DNA of 63,364 nucleotides, the filler included, from Collodictyon triciliatum (lineage: Eukaryota), in assembly GCA_043381765.1 (NCBI GenBank). It is 10 parts of 10 records of this genome, joined end to end, with 100 filler letters (N's around TTAATTAATTAA, not from the genome) between each part and the next. Parts side by side here need not be neighbours in the genome. Positions count along the whole stretch, not along the records: positions 38,551 to 46,592 come from JBHJMP010004543.1; positions 46,693 to 53,008 come from JBHJMP010004548.1; positions 53,109 to 59,423 come from JBHJMP010004549.1; positions 59,524 to 63,364 come from JBHJMP010004602.1; 6 more parts are not named here. One strand, written 5' to 3'. Below are positions 40,062 through 59,670 of the stretch, piece by piece (the first letter of the stretch is position 1; each line of letters starts with the position of its first letter). The notes beneath the pieces are model-generated. The model worked only from the letters and a program-made list of their open reading frames with translations. It made no database searches and had not been told where the DNA came from. The position numbers and the translations under genes were made by a program.

Positions 40062-41304
40062 TTATTGGGTGCTGCCGCGATGGACATGCGTGGGACTAGC
40101 CTGGTGTGTTGGCATGATTTCAATCTGGGATATTTGCACATGCGGTGGTCTACGACGTGGTCGTTGAGTGAATGTAATACAGCCAATAGGAGGGGAAAAA
40201 GAGCTTTCTTCGTGCCCTCACATAAACATCTACTTTGGGCGAATAGGTTGAGAGAAAGAATAAAAGAATTGGAAAATATACCGGCTAGCTGCGTACAAAA
40301 CGGCATCTGCAACGTCATCTCCACTGAGTGGTTGGATACCAGTGTAAGGTTTCTTTGCTTGCTCTCGATCCCCTTTGAACCGAACTACGCTGAATTCTGT
40401 TTCCACCAGTCCAGGATTAATAGCTGTTACGCGAACCGGACTGTCAATAAGCTCCATTCTCAATACTGATGTAATTGCCTCTACCCCGTGCTTTGATGCA
40501 CAGTACACACTGCCAGAGGGATAACGAAAAGTACCAGCGACGCTATTGTGTATGTATAGAGGTCATTAAATTAATAGTGTATATTTTTGACATTAAAGTA
40601 AATTGAATTTCGTCAAATAATATTGAAGACTTCGGCCGTAAATTGACCATATCGCTTTTGTTGTTTACTCGGGAAGGTATAGTTCAATTTATTTACATTT
40701 TTCTTTTGGAGTATTATTCTGAACTTTTTTTTTTTAGTCTTGATTCTTGGTATGTTCCCCCTCTTTATATATTTTTTTTCTTTGTCTTTTGACGTACCTG
40801 CTCATATTTATGACGTGTCCACTTTTGCGCTCTCTCATACCTGGAACAAATGCTTTCACAAAGTACATAATTCCTTTAATATTTGTGTCGATCATTGCGT
40901 GGATGTCTTCCTAGGATACAGGACATGAAAAGGAACCAGTAAGTTTCAGAATAAAAAAAATTAGAGGTGTTATATAAACGAGGGTAATCGTAGTTGCCAA
41001 GGCATCTACAAAGTGCCCGTCGTATGTATCCCCGTGAATAAGGTTATCCTGATTCATGCTTTACTTTGAATCGAATAAAGGAAAAAAAATCCTGATTCAT
41101 GCTTTATTGAATCTATATGAAAGCTATACTGTCTTTGATTCCCACGTTTTGTCAATCCCCAAAGCGAGTCCTAATAGCAGACAACGGTAAAGGCATTAAT
41201 AACGAATTATAGAGGGCTTTTAGGTAAAATAATACATGTGCGGGTGGGCTGTCGAATTTGTTCTGTATATATTTTTGCATAAAAAAATTAAATTCATAAT
41301 CTTA

Positions 41305-41335
<31 letters not shown>

Positions 41336-42239
41336 AGAAACACACGCCATCTAAGTAAGAACTGTAAATGATTTGAATCATGGTTAAAAATATGTAATTG
41401 GTGGCAATAGTCACAAGTCCGATTCATTTTTGTGTGACGAGAAAAATATGAAAGTGTGTCGAATGTGTCAGGATAGAAATAAACCTGCGTTATTAACTAG
41501 CACTTGAACCTGCTGAATAGTTTCGGGAAGGCGCTGTGGGAGATGAGCGACTGCATTTGGGTCAGTCACATCAGCCACTTCCAAATGCACCAGAGCGTCG
41601 GGATGGCGATGAAGGATATCTGTTTTTACTTTTTGAAGACGTTCTGTTCTGCGTGCAACCAGTATCTTGACACAAAACAAGAGTATATTTGAATATCAAA
41701 AGAATGCGAGAGAGGGAAGATATACGCGGGACATAAAAGATATATAATTTATCGAGGTATAGAGAAAGTGCGAATTGAGAAGAATGGAAAAAATTAAATG
41801 GTATTTGCGAATAGTTAATCAACAAAATAAAAGATTGTTTACAAAAGAGGGGGTTGGGTAACATCCGCAACCCTTCGGCGATTATGGCTCTCATTTATTT
41901 ATTTTTTTCTGTTCTTTGGTATGAATTATAATGAATGTTGGAAAGAAGTGAGCTTGAACAAACCAGTTTCGAGCCACAGTCGGCAAATCGATGCGCACAG
42001 GCCTCTCCTATGCCAGAAGACGCTCCCGTTCTGTCGATAAAAGCAAACAAAAAACAAAAGAAAATAAAGGAAAAAGCAAAAGAAAGGAAAAAGCAAAACA
42101 AAAGAAGCAGACTGAAATAAATGCAGAAGACAAATATATATACAACGAGGACGCCTGCCTTACACGAGAACGACTGAGTTTCTTAGGCGCTGAAACATAC
42201 GAAAGCAAAGCTGCTAGCGGTCGCACCTACTTTGAACAT
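40062..42239 (-). CDS. Short-chain dehydrogenase/reductase, YdfG/YMR226c-like, multi-exon
   Basis: VLVTGASSGIGEACA, LVARRTERL, LVNNAG, MIDTNIKG, VYCASK (YxxxK), INPGLVETEFSVVRFKGD, PPHVQISQIEIMPTHQAS. Confidence 0.92.
41046..41106 (+). mobile_element. Micro-retroposon copy 4 with 18-bp target-site duplication, in an SDR intron
   Basis: atcctgattcatgcttta at 41046-41063 and 41089-41106 flanks ctttgaatcgaataaaggaaaaaaa. Confidence 0.87.
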
Positions 42240-42291
42240 CGTCAGTTCCGACAGCAAAGCGACATCGCACGAATCTTAGATCGGCTCAAAG

Positions 42292-43376
42292 ATGAATCAG
42301 CTTTCTGTCCAAACATCATTGCTGTGGTCATTGAGAGCGCAGACGANNNNNNNNNNNNNNNNNNNNNNNNNNNNNNNNNNNNNNNNNNNNNNNNNNNNNN
42401 NNNNNNNNNNNNNNNNNNNNNNNNNNNNNNNNNNNNNNNNNNNNNNNNNNNNNNNNNNNNNNNNNNNNNNNNNNNNNNNNNNNNNNNNNNNNNNNNNNNN
42501 NNNNNNNNNNNNNNNNNNNNNNNNNNNNNNNNNNNNNNNNNNNNNNNNNNNNNNNNNNNNNNNNNNNNNNNNNNNNNNNNNNNNNNNNNNNNNNNNNNNN
42601 NNNNNNNNNNNNNNNNNNNNNNNNNNNNNNNNNNNNNNNNNNNNNNNNNNNNNNNNNNNNNNNNNNNNNNNNNNNNNNNNNNNNNNNNNNNNNNNNNNNN
42701 NNNNNNNNNNNNNNNNNNNNNNNNNNNNNNNNNNNNNNNNNNNNNNNNNNNNNNNNNNNNNNNNNNNNNNNNNNNNNNNNNNNNNNNNNNNNNNNNNNNN
42801 NNNNNNNNNNNNNNNNNNNNNNNNNNNNNNNNNNNNNNNNNNNNNNNNNNNNNNNNNNNNNNNNNNNNNNNNNNNNNNNNNNNNNNNNNNNNNNNNNNNN
42901 NNNNNNNNNNNNNNNNNNNNNNNNNNNNNNNNNNNNNNNNNNNNNNNNNNNNNNCTTGAGACTTTTTGTTCCTCTAAGTGTTCGTGTGTTCACGTTTATC
43001 CCATAGTTTTCAAGTTAAGCAGAAGGTACTTATGTATTGATATTGACATGTCTCGCAGAGGCCTTTGCCGACTGTGGCAATCATCGGTCGCACAAACGTG
43101 GGAAAGTCAGCATTATTCAACCGTCTTGTTGGGAAGCGCAGAGCTATTGTCAATCCTGCAGCAGGTACAACGAGAGATAGAAATGAGGCTGTGGCAAGGG
43201 TAAGTTTGATTATATGCACACCTACAAAACTTAAGTATGCTTATGTAAAAATGGCCGAATGTCTGATGCTTTTTCCTTATCATTTACTTTCCTTAAAAGA
43301 AAAAATTCGTATAGAAATTCAATCACTTTTTTTGTGTATTTACTTGCCCTGTTTATGTTATGTCTTATTTTCGCAC

Positions 43377-43474
<98 letters not shown>

Positions 43475-43629
43475 GACACCTCAGATAAGTGATCTGGATT
43501 TCATCGCTATTGACACCCCGGGCTTCGAAGGTCCAGAATTCAGAAAAAACGTTAAGTAAGTACAGTATTGATGAATACTTGGATCCCGAAAGCAAACTTG
43601 GTGAACAAGTATTCCTTGTATTCTTTTCT

Positions 43630-43682
<53 letters not shown>

Positions 43683-45492
43683 CTTTTATTCTTTTCTAAA
43701 ACAGGACGGACGAAGAAAACTTGCAGCCTTTGATGATGCGTCAGACAGCTCAGGCGCTAGAGGAGGCTACGCTAGCCTTCTTTGTTGTGGATGCAAAAGA
43801 GGGAGTAACTCAACTAGATGCAAATATCGCAAAATGGCTGAGGAAGCATGGATACAAGGAGGAGGATTCCAGCGATAATACTCTTAAGGCCCCGATTTAT
43901 ATCATCGCAAATAAGGCGGATAATGTAATCGCAGTAGAGGAGAAAATTGCCCAGATGAAAAAATTGGGTTTTGGCGACGCAATTCCTGTATCTGCCTTGA
44001 ACGGTTTCGGGATTTCATCCATTTTCGACATCATCGTGGCGAATCAAACCAAATTAGAAAAACATGTCCAAGAAACAGTGAATATTAGCTCATAAAAATT
44101 CATCCTATATATATCATAGTTCTTANNNNNNNNNNNNNNNNNNNNNNNNNNNNNNNNNNNNNNNNNNNNNNNNNNNNNNNNNNNNNNNNNNNNNNNNNNN
44201 NNNNNNNNNNNNNNNNNNNNNNNNNNNNNNNNNNNNNNNNNNNNNNNNNNNNNNNNNNNNNNNNNNNNNNNNNNNNNNNNNNNNNNNNNNNNNNNNNNNN
44301 NNNNNNNNNNNNNNNNNNNNNNNNNNNNNNNNNNNNNNNNNNNNNNNNNNNNNNNNNNNNNNNNNNNNNNNNNNNNNNNNNNNNNNNNNNNNNNNNNNNN
44401 NNNNNNNNNNNNNNNNNNNNNNNNNNNNNNNNNNNNNNNNNNNNNNNNNNNNNNNNNNNNNNNNNNNNNNNNNNNNNNNNNNNNNNNNNNNNNNNNNNNN
44501 NNNNNNNNNNNNNNNNNNNNNNNNNNNNNNNNNNNNNNNNNNNNNNNNNNNNNNNNNNNNNNNNNNNNNNNNNNNNNNNNNNNNNNNNNNNNNNNNNNNN
44601 NNNNNNNNNNNNNNNNNNNNNNNNNNNNNNNNNNNNNNNNNNNNNNNNNNNNNNNNNNNNNNNNNNNNNNNNNNNNNNNNNNNNNNNNNNNNNNNNNNNN
44701 NNNNNNNNNNNNNNNNNNNNNNNNNNNNNNNNNNNNNNNNNNNNNNNNNNNNNNNNNNNNNNNNNNNNNNNNNNNNNNNNNNNNNNNNNNNNNNNNNNNN
44801 NNNNNNNNNNNNNNNNNNNNNNNNNNNNNNNNNNNNNNNNNNNNNNNNNNNNNNNNNNNNNNNNNNNNNNNNNNNNNNNNNNNNNNNNNNNNNNNNNNNN
44901 NNNNNNNNNNNNNNNNNNNNNNNNNNNNNNNNNNNNNNNNNNNNNNNNNNNNNNNNNNNNNNNNNNNNNNNNNNNGAGAAATCGAATCTTTATCACGTAA
45001 TAATGCAGATTCATATTGGTGGACACGGCTGGAGTTCGGCGTAGAACTCAAATAACGCAGCAATTAGAGATAGATTCTGTAGCTTCGTCTCTAAAAGCCA
45101 TTCATACCAGCGATGCTGTTGTCCTGATGACAGACGTGATGAACGACCCGCTTTCCAAGCAAGATCTGGTTGCTTTCATAACACAATTCGCAACTATTCG
45201 AGTATTATATACTGCATGAGCATGGGTGATGTTTCCCCTTAAAAATGAATATCAAATTTTTCTTCTTTTTTTTCGATTTAGAGATTAGCCAACGAAGCAA
45301 TAGATAGAGGGAAGATTCTTGTCGTCGTGATTAATAAGTACGACTTGATGCCACCAAAAAAGGATGAAGAAATGAGAGAATGGATTGAAGAGCGCATTGA
45401 CAGTTCTTTGCCGCAAATCCCCAATGTGCCCCTATTTTACATATCTGCAAACTCTGGCACCAAGCACGAAGTCATTTTGGACGAGGTGGAAA

Positions 45493-45590
<98 letters not shown>

Positions 45591-46191
45591 CATTCAAAAT
45601 GATGAAATGAGTTTTATGGAATATTCACAAAACACTTTTTGTGAAAATCACAAATATATTTTATCACGAGCAACATCACTTTTCACTGGTACCAACTTAC
45701 TAAAAATAAAATAAAAAAGGTTGTCAATCTGTACGAAAAGTGGTCGACACGCATTTCTACTTCCAAACTCAATCGCTGGCTTCGAAGTGCCATCCGGGTT
45801 CGCTCGGTACCCCGAGACTATGGAAAACTTCGATATATGACCCAGGTGCGTTTTTATCAAAAAAATTTTTCCCCTTTATTCGATTCAAAGGTGCGTGTTT
45901 ATTGATAAGACCATATGACCCCTTCACTTCCAGTGTGATACTAGACGTTGACATTTCATAACACAACACGCCGCATAGATAACAGCGCAGCCGCCGACTT
46001 TCGTTATCTTTCAAAGCGGACGAACCGACCCACCAGAATCGTACATGAAGTATCTTACAAAAAGCCTGCGTGATAATCTGAATATGGACGGAATTCCCAT
46101 AAAGATTCAGGTGCGACACTCACAGAATCCTTACGCCGTAAACGAGCGTCGGAGCAATACAGGCAGACGACCAGAGCCGAAGGGAAGTTAG
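42292..46191 (+). CDS. der: Der/EngA double-GTPase, multi-exon, spans two assembly gaps; probably organelle-targeted; start tentative
   Basis: [36 protein letters not shown]; second G domain [20 protein letters not shown]-like tail [31 protein letters not shown]. Confidence 0.92.
45844..45902 (-). mobile_element. Micro-retroposon copy 5 with imperfect ~14-bp target-site duplication covering a 5' splice site
   Basis: aggtgcgtttttat (45844-45857) and aggtgcgtgtttat (45889-45902) flank caaaaaaatttttcccctttattcgattcaa. Confidence 0.72.
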
Positions 46192-46694
46192 CTCACAGTT
46201 TTCTCGTGAATGAGGGTCTCTAGCAAAAGGAAAGAAAAATACCCAGGAGTCCGAGGCACCAAAGATTTGATGTAGGATAAATGACTGCTTGACAAAATGT
46301 GAAGAGAATTCGAATCATTCGCTTCCTGTGTTTATTTTTTTTATTCGTCCATACACACCAAATCATCCGTTATATAACATGCTATATTTCTATACATCTT
46401 TCTAGAGATGAGCAATCAGCGGTTCAAGAAGAAATTCAATTATTATTGTTGTTTTTTCAAGAAAAAAATTTTTGCCTTAATTTATAATTAGTAAGCGCTC
46501 TGATGGAATCATAGGACAAAGAATCCACCAACAAGGGACATTTATTACTTTCATATCCCGTTGAACGCCAGCGAGGTTGTAGCCACCACATANNNNNNNN
46601 NNNNNNNNNNNNNNNNNNNNNNNNNNNNNNNNNNNNTTAATTAATTAANNNNNNNNNNNNNNNNNNNNNNNNNNNNNNNNNNNNNNNNNNNNCG

Positions 46695-46790
<96 letters not shown>

Positions 46791-46841
46791 CCTCCTTCAC
46801 CATCACCATTGTTTTCAACATTAAAATCCAATACATTTTAG

Positions 46842-52680
<5,839 letters not shown>

Positions 52681-52867
52681 TATGTAAACAATACCGCATT
52701 GTGAAGAAATCGCATAGAGAAACACATTTAATACTCATTTGACTATAGCTAATTTTGTTATTCCCAAAAAAAATTAGAAAAGGGATCATCTTACCCCTCT
52801 TTATCCTGTCGAGATTCTCTGTGGAGCTACAAAGCCAATCACCTGTGGAGTAATATCATTTATAGCA

Positions 52868-52978
<111 letters not shown>

Positions 52979-53310
52979 TTGAAAAAAAACGCATTATACT
53001 CATGATCANNNNNNNNNNNNNNNNNNNNNNNNNNNNNNNNNNNNNNNNNNNNTTAATTAATTAANNNNNNNNNNNNNNNNNNNNNNNNNNNNNNNNNNNN
53101 NNNNNNNNCTATTTTATTTTCTATTTTATTTTCTATTTTATTTTCTATTTTATTTTCTATTTTATTTTCTATTTTATTTTCTATTTTATTTTCTATTTTA
53201 TTTTCTATATTGATATCATTTTCTATTGTTTTTTGTTTTTTGTTTTTTGTTTTTTGTTTTTTGTTTGGATATGTCGGTGTGACGCTAAAGTCACTTATTC
53301 TCAATTGCAG

Positions 53311-56043
53311 ATAAGAATGTGGACAACCAAGAAGAGGCCACCAGCCGCTTCAAAGAGATTCAAAACGCATATGCAGTCCTCTCAGATAAGAACGAGCGAG
53401 CATGGTTTGTATGTTCATCCATGGTTTTTTTAATTATCATATGTTTTCTTGTCTTTGACACTCAAGCAAAATAAAAAGCTCACCTCCCAATATAGCAGAA
53501 GAGGGGGAAAAAAACAGACCAACTCTTCCTTTTTTTTTCTTCATCTACTTTTCATTCTGTATAGGTATGATAGTCATAGAGAAGCAATATTGAAAGGAGC
53601 AAATGTTGATGAGGGAGAAGAAGACGAAGAGATAAACTTGTGGCCTTACTTCAGCACATCAATATATTCGGGATATGGAGATGATGAAGGAGTATGTGAA
53701 TAAATTGCCCATCACTTCATTTTATCTTCATTACTGCATAAGTGAAGAAAATAGTATACCACATTCAGCATTTTTATCGATTTGATCGGCTCAAAATCAG
53801 GGTTTCTACTTCGTCTACGCAACAATCTTCCAAAAAATTGACGAGGTCGAAGGAATGAATCACAATGGAGAAACCCACTTCCAGGCAGCACCGCTTTTCG
53901 GAGATTCAAAGACTCCATACGCCAAAGTTGTAACTTTCTATCACCACTGGACTGACTTTGTCACCAAAAGAACCTTTTCGTTTGTGGACAAGTATAATTT
54001 GTCCACCGCACCAAGCCGACAAATCAAAAGGTTGATGGAGAAAGAAAACAAGCGAGAAAGAGATACTGCCAGAAAAGAATATACCGATTGCGTTCGGGTA
54101 ATACAACTATATTCTTATTAACTATTTCTTTTCCTTTTGTAAAGCTTTCTCGTTTCAAATATTTTGTTAAAAAAAAGCACCATTCTTTGAAGTATTCTCT
54201 TTTTTTTTCTTTTTTACAAACCTAACGAAGCATGTAACGTTTTGGAATGCAGCAACTAGCACAGTTTGTCAAAAAAAGAGATCGTAGAATATTGGAGCAC
54301 CAGCAAAGACAACAGAAGGCTGCAGAAGAAAAGGCGCGCGAGTTAGAAGAAATACAAAAGAAACAGAACGAAAAAAGGGAGAAGGAAATTGAGATTCTGA
54401 AGATACAGCACGAAGAAGATATGAAAGTCCTTGACGCTCAACTGAAAGCTTCGGGTTTACATGAGCTTGCCGATGAATATGACCGAATGTCAAAGAAATC
54501 TGCAGCTTCGCAGAAGAAGAAGGCCATGAAAGGTGATGACGATGAAGATATCGATGAGCTATATTGTGTTGCTTGTAAGAAGAGCTTCAAGTCCGAACAA
54601 CAGTAAGTCTATTAAAAATATATTGAAAGCTGCATATCTTTTGTGTTTTTTTATCATCAATGCCTTGAATTCTTTTATTAATGATTCATTTATCCATTTA
54701 AAAAAATGTTCACTATAGATGGAAAAACCACGAGAAATCCAAAAAGCATATGGACCGTGTCGCTATACTTCGAAAGGAAGTGATGTTCGATGAGGATTTC
54801 GAAGAGGAACTGACTCAAAGTACTTTTGATAGCAAAAAGGAAACAGAAGCTCAATTGATTGTCGAGGATGGTGATGGAGATGACTTTGGCGATAGCTTTG
54901 CAGTTCAACCTTCTGATTTTGTCCCTAATCTACAATCACTGGAAGCAGAAGACCAGAGTGCTTTACCGAAATCACCCGCGGCTCTGAAAAAAAGCGCGCA
55001 TGAAGAAAGCCCAGAGATAATTGATGAAGAAGAAGTCTTCACCAAGGGTAAGAATAGAAAAAAACAAAAGCCCTCAAAACAGTCTCCAACCACAGCAACT
55101 GTAGAGAAGAAAGTACATGTCCCACTTAAAGCAAAACCAGGGAAACCACTCCAAGAGGACAGTGCCGACGAAGACATTGATGTTGAGGATGATGAGGACG
55201 TTCTTCTCTCTCGTATGCTCGCCACCACGGCCAAAAGAAATGCGAAACAAACCATTTTTGACGACAGCGGCAGTGAAGAAAAAGAGGCTGCGGAAGAGGA
55301 TAGTCTCAGCGAAAAAGACAATGAGGCAGTCGCATATGATGATGAGGAAAGTCAACAAGAAGGAGAGAATGAGAAATCTGAGGACACAAAAAATGACGGT
55401 GTTGATGCCGGTGATAGCAAAGAGCATATTGAAGTGGAGACAGAGAATGTTCCTAAGCAGAAGCAACAACGGAATCAAAAGAAGACATCCGTAGCTCCAA
55501 AACAAAAATCAGCTCAAACGCAATCCAACGTGGAGAAACAAAAGGGCGACGTGTCAGACGAGAGTGATGATGGTTTCTCACCAAAAAGTAAAAAGTCCGC
55601 AAAAGAAAAGAAGCAGCAGAAAAAGGCGAAGGAGGAATCAGCCCCTGTAAATATTTGTCCGAATAATTGGTTTTTCCATCAACCCCCCAATTCATAGTGA
55701 TTATGAACACGAGTTGTTTTTTTCTTCCCATCATTTTTTTTTGTCTCTATTCCATACAAATTTCTCTGTCAAAAGTGAAAGAAATGGGAAAACCATCTGT
55801 GATTCGACATCTAATTCTAGTTTTTGGGCATAAAGTGTATTCTTCAAGTGCGCCTCGCTACAGCTGAAGTCTGATTACTGACATCTCTTCCTTTGTCAGA
55901 AATACTCGTGCCGTGTCTGCTCCACCGACTTTGCATCACGCAACGCTCTTTTCACCCACGTGAAAGAGACAAACCACGCCATCGCAGAAGGCTACGCGCC
56001 CACACAACAATCTGGCACCAAATCGAAAAAGAAGGCAAAGTGA
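53311..56043 (+). CDS. DNAJC21: DnaJ homolog subfamily C member 21 (Jjj1-like), 5' truncated
   Basis: DKN..EEATSRFKEIQNAYAVLSDKNERAW|YDSHREAIL; APSRQIKRLMEKENKRERD; FVKKRDRR; LYCVACKKSFKSEQQWKNHEKSKKH; terminal C2H2 finger CRVCSTDFASRNALFTHVKETNH. Confidence 0.95.
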
Positions 56044-56539
56044 AACCCCGCGCCATCCACTAGTTGATATGTTGTTATCTCAAAATTTTATTCCATCGAA
56101 AATTATCTTTTCTTCAAAATAAAAAAAAATGAAAGAATGAAATGAGAGAGAGGAAGAAAAAAAAAAGGCAAAGGAATAAAAGGAAATGGGAACGAGAGCA
56201 GGGGAAAATAGAGATTTTCTTGATTAAAACAAAAAGAAACCAGGCTGAGAAAGATTGTGCAGAGACACCCACCATGCCAAGGGAATGTTTGGTTGAGCCC
56301 GGTCGAGGGAAAATGATTTTGTTAGGAACCATAAGCACCCAACTAATTGTTGCTCTGATTTTGTTTCTCTTCCACGCGGACAACAAGAGAGAGAAACCAA
56401 AAATGACGGTTATAAACTTATCTAAGAGCAAAGAGCATCATCATTCATGCATCAAGCCACGATGAGCGGTTCAAGAAGAAGAAAAGAGAGACGGAAAGAG
56501 AACGTAATGGAGAAGTAGACAAAGGGTACACTTGTGTCT

Positions 56540-59244
56540 CTAGTCTTCGTCCTCCTCATCTTCATCCTGGAACTTCTTTCTCAAGCCGGAGCGGGCTTTC
56601 TGCTTTTTCCCTTTCTTACCTCTCAGCGAAATCGCCTGCTGTTGGAGACCGGATGACTTCTCGGTTTCTCCAAGCTTTGTGTAGCACGAGGCCATGAGCG
56701 TCAGGGCATCGGCCTCTGCGCTAGTGTCCTGCATCTTTCGTGCATATTGCACCTGCAACTCAAACCGCTGCAGTGCATCGCGGTTTTTGCCCATGTTTGT
56801 GAGGCACGAGCCGGCCAGGCCGTACGAACCGAAGCGCAGGCGATTGGACTCGGCCTCGCTAAGAACAGCCTTTGGGGGTTTGTGGTCCAGCCATGTGAGG
56901 CAGAGCCCTGCGTATTTAAGGCCCTGGCTATGGTCTCCAGAGTCCCAGTAGCAGCGCCCGATGCTCAGATACGTCTCGGGGATTTCGGCCTCGGGCCCTT
57001 GTGTGAGCTTGATGTTCATGACCTCGAGCGCCTGCGAATAGACGCCCATCTTTTGGAATGTGAGTCCGAGCGACGTGAGCGCCTTCATCGTGTAGTCGGT
57101 GTATTCGTACTCGAGCGAAATCTCCAGCTGCTTGCGGTAGTGCACAGCCGCATAGGCAAACTTGCCCAGTGCGAGGTAGGCCGTGCCCATGCAGCTGTGC
57201 AGGGTGGCCACCATTCTTGGTTTGTCGGGGATTTCACTGGTCTGCAGTCGCTGGAGAAACTCCTTGGAGAAGCGCAGGCTTGTTTCGGGGTCGTTTGTGG
57301 CAAATGCTGTTTTGGTGGCTCCATTAGATACTTCTCTTTTTTTTAAAAAAAAAAAAAAGCAAACATTTATTGTTATATACAGCACCATGATGTATTTTTA
57401 TCCATTTTATTTGGTTTAATCACAGTTATCAGAAAGGGGGAATAAGTTTACTTGGAAAGAAGAAGAAAAAAGTACCTTTGTCAATATGCTGTTGAATCAT
57501 AAAACAATCGTGTGTCTGCTCTACATAATATTCAATCAACTGCCGCATCTTTGCTTGTGCATTCGCTTGTGCATGAGACTTGCGATGTGTTTTCCCAGCA
57601 CCGTTTGAGCGAGCGCTTTTTACGGGCGAGGAGGTATCGTGTTCATTATTGGCAGAGGCATCGATTGTAGATGTCAGATACATCCCTGCAGACTTTGGAT
57701 GGGGACTTGCGCCGGGGATGGGAGGAAAACTGATTCCCTGTGTTCCTGTGTGGGGAGTGTTACAAGATGACTGCGGCAGAGACGGGGCTGAATATGAGCG
57801 CCCATCCAGGTCGATGAGTGGAGGTTTCTTTTTGCGGCTCAGTTTTTCGCTTCGGGACGGCTTCGAGTCTGATGATGGTTCAGTCACCGTATTTCGCGGC
57901 AGCGAAGGGGATAGCGCCATGGTAGAATCGTTGCCGTTCTGCTGACGCCAAAAATCTTCTCGTTTGTCTAGATATTTTAAGCCGCCTTCTGCGAGGTTGG
58001 ATACGAAGTTCTCTTGCTTGCTCAATTCTCGACAGAAAGATAAATATAAATTTAGTCGATACAAGCAAAGGCTACAGCATATTCATTAATGTTGCTTAAT
58101 TTTATATTAGCTTCCTAGTTTGTTTGTTGTTGTTATTTTAGTTTTTATGAATTGACATAAAAAATATAGCGCCCACTAAAAAAAAAAGGGGGGGCTCTTA
58201 TATCCGTTGATGGTCAAGAAAATAAAAGGTTAAGATTTATTCTTTTTTTATCACAAAATATAGACTAACAAAATAGTTTGCATTACTCGGGTCGTTAAGC
58301 AGCTGCTGTAGGTACATTTTATCCCCGTCTAAGCGCCCAAGTAATCGTCGCCCTTGATTGCCACGAGTTGTTCGACTTGTTTCGAGGCCGCTTCGCTCTG
58401 TAACAGACTTTGTGGTTGCGTCACGTCCCCCGAATTGTGAAGTGGTAGTCATATACATAGTATTTGAATGGGTGTTTGTGAGTGGCTTTTGGTTGTATGA
58501 TGTTTTGGACGCTGTTGTTCGTGTTTCTATAGGCGATTCTTTTTCAGTTCCACTCGAGACTTCTGGTTTAGTATTGGAGGAACCACTTGTATCCACTCCA
58601 TCTATGGATATGCAGTTTGTATCTGAGTTTTCATGTTCTCATAAAAAGAATAGTTGAAGCAGAGTTATTAGACTGCGTGGATTTCATGGCATCAAAGGTA
58701 GGGGGAAATGCACTGGCTTTGAGGATAAAAAGACCGGGCGCCTTTACAAATAAAAACTACCGATTGCATCTTGAATGGCTTTTTGAGACTTTTGGATTCC
58801 AAGGCGAAACTCTTCCAGGTCAGGACGCACTTTCATCCCTCTGTGGTAATAAATCAGGGCATTCTCAAACTCTCCAGCAGAAAAGTGTGTCTCTGCTTTC
58901 TGGTAGATTGCCTGAACATCGCCCGATTAATGAAAGAAGTTGCGTAATCAGTCATAATACAATATTTTCTCCTCTGCTTTATTTGTATTGAGCTGATGCG
59001 TTTCTTTATTAGAATAACAAAAATTCGATGTTACAAATGAGGAAAGGGTCTTTGTTCATCAAGATAAGGACTTAAAGTCATATGGATGTTCATCCATGTG
59101 TATAGAACAAACCCGAAAGAACGTCTTTTCTTGGTCGAGTGCTCTGTTCGCATCTTTCAAGGCTAAGTCATACCTCCCAAGTGCCTGATAACATCGACTT
59201 CTGGAGATAAGAATGCTCCGCTCTCCCGACTTGAGCTCCAAAGC
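56540..59244 (-). CDS. TTC25: Outer dynein arm docking complex TPR protein TTC25/ODAD4, 5' truncated
   Basis: ISRSRCYQALG..ALKDA; YQKAE..GEFENALIYYHRGMKVRPDLEEFRLGIQKSQKAI; LLGRLDGDKMYLQQLLND; GLKYLDKREDFWRQQ; C-terminal TPRs. Confidence 0.88.
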
Positions 59245-59392
59245 CTTTGCAGATATTAAAACAGAGGGGAGGCAAAAGTTAGCGTCTTAGGTTCAGGAGA
59301 TATAATGAATATCATGCTTGAGTATGAATTTTCTCTGACCATGATACGCAAGATTTTTCTTAAAGTACTAAAGATTAAAAAAGTAGTATTTA

Positions 59393-59423
<31 letters not shown>

Positions 59424-59670
59424 NNNNNNNNNNNNNNNNNNNNNNNNNNNNNNNNNNNNNNNNNNNNTTAATTAATTAANNNNNNNNNNNNNNNNNNNNN
59501 NNNNNNNNNNNNNNNNNNNNNNNTATTGTTGTTTTTATTGTTGTTTTTATTGTTGTTTTTATTGTTGTTTTTATTGTTGTTTTTATTGTTGTTTTTATTG
59601 TTGTTTTTATTGTTGTTTTTATTGTTGCTCACTATTCCACCGGAACGATTGATTGATCTGTATGTCTTAG

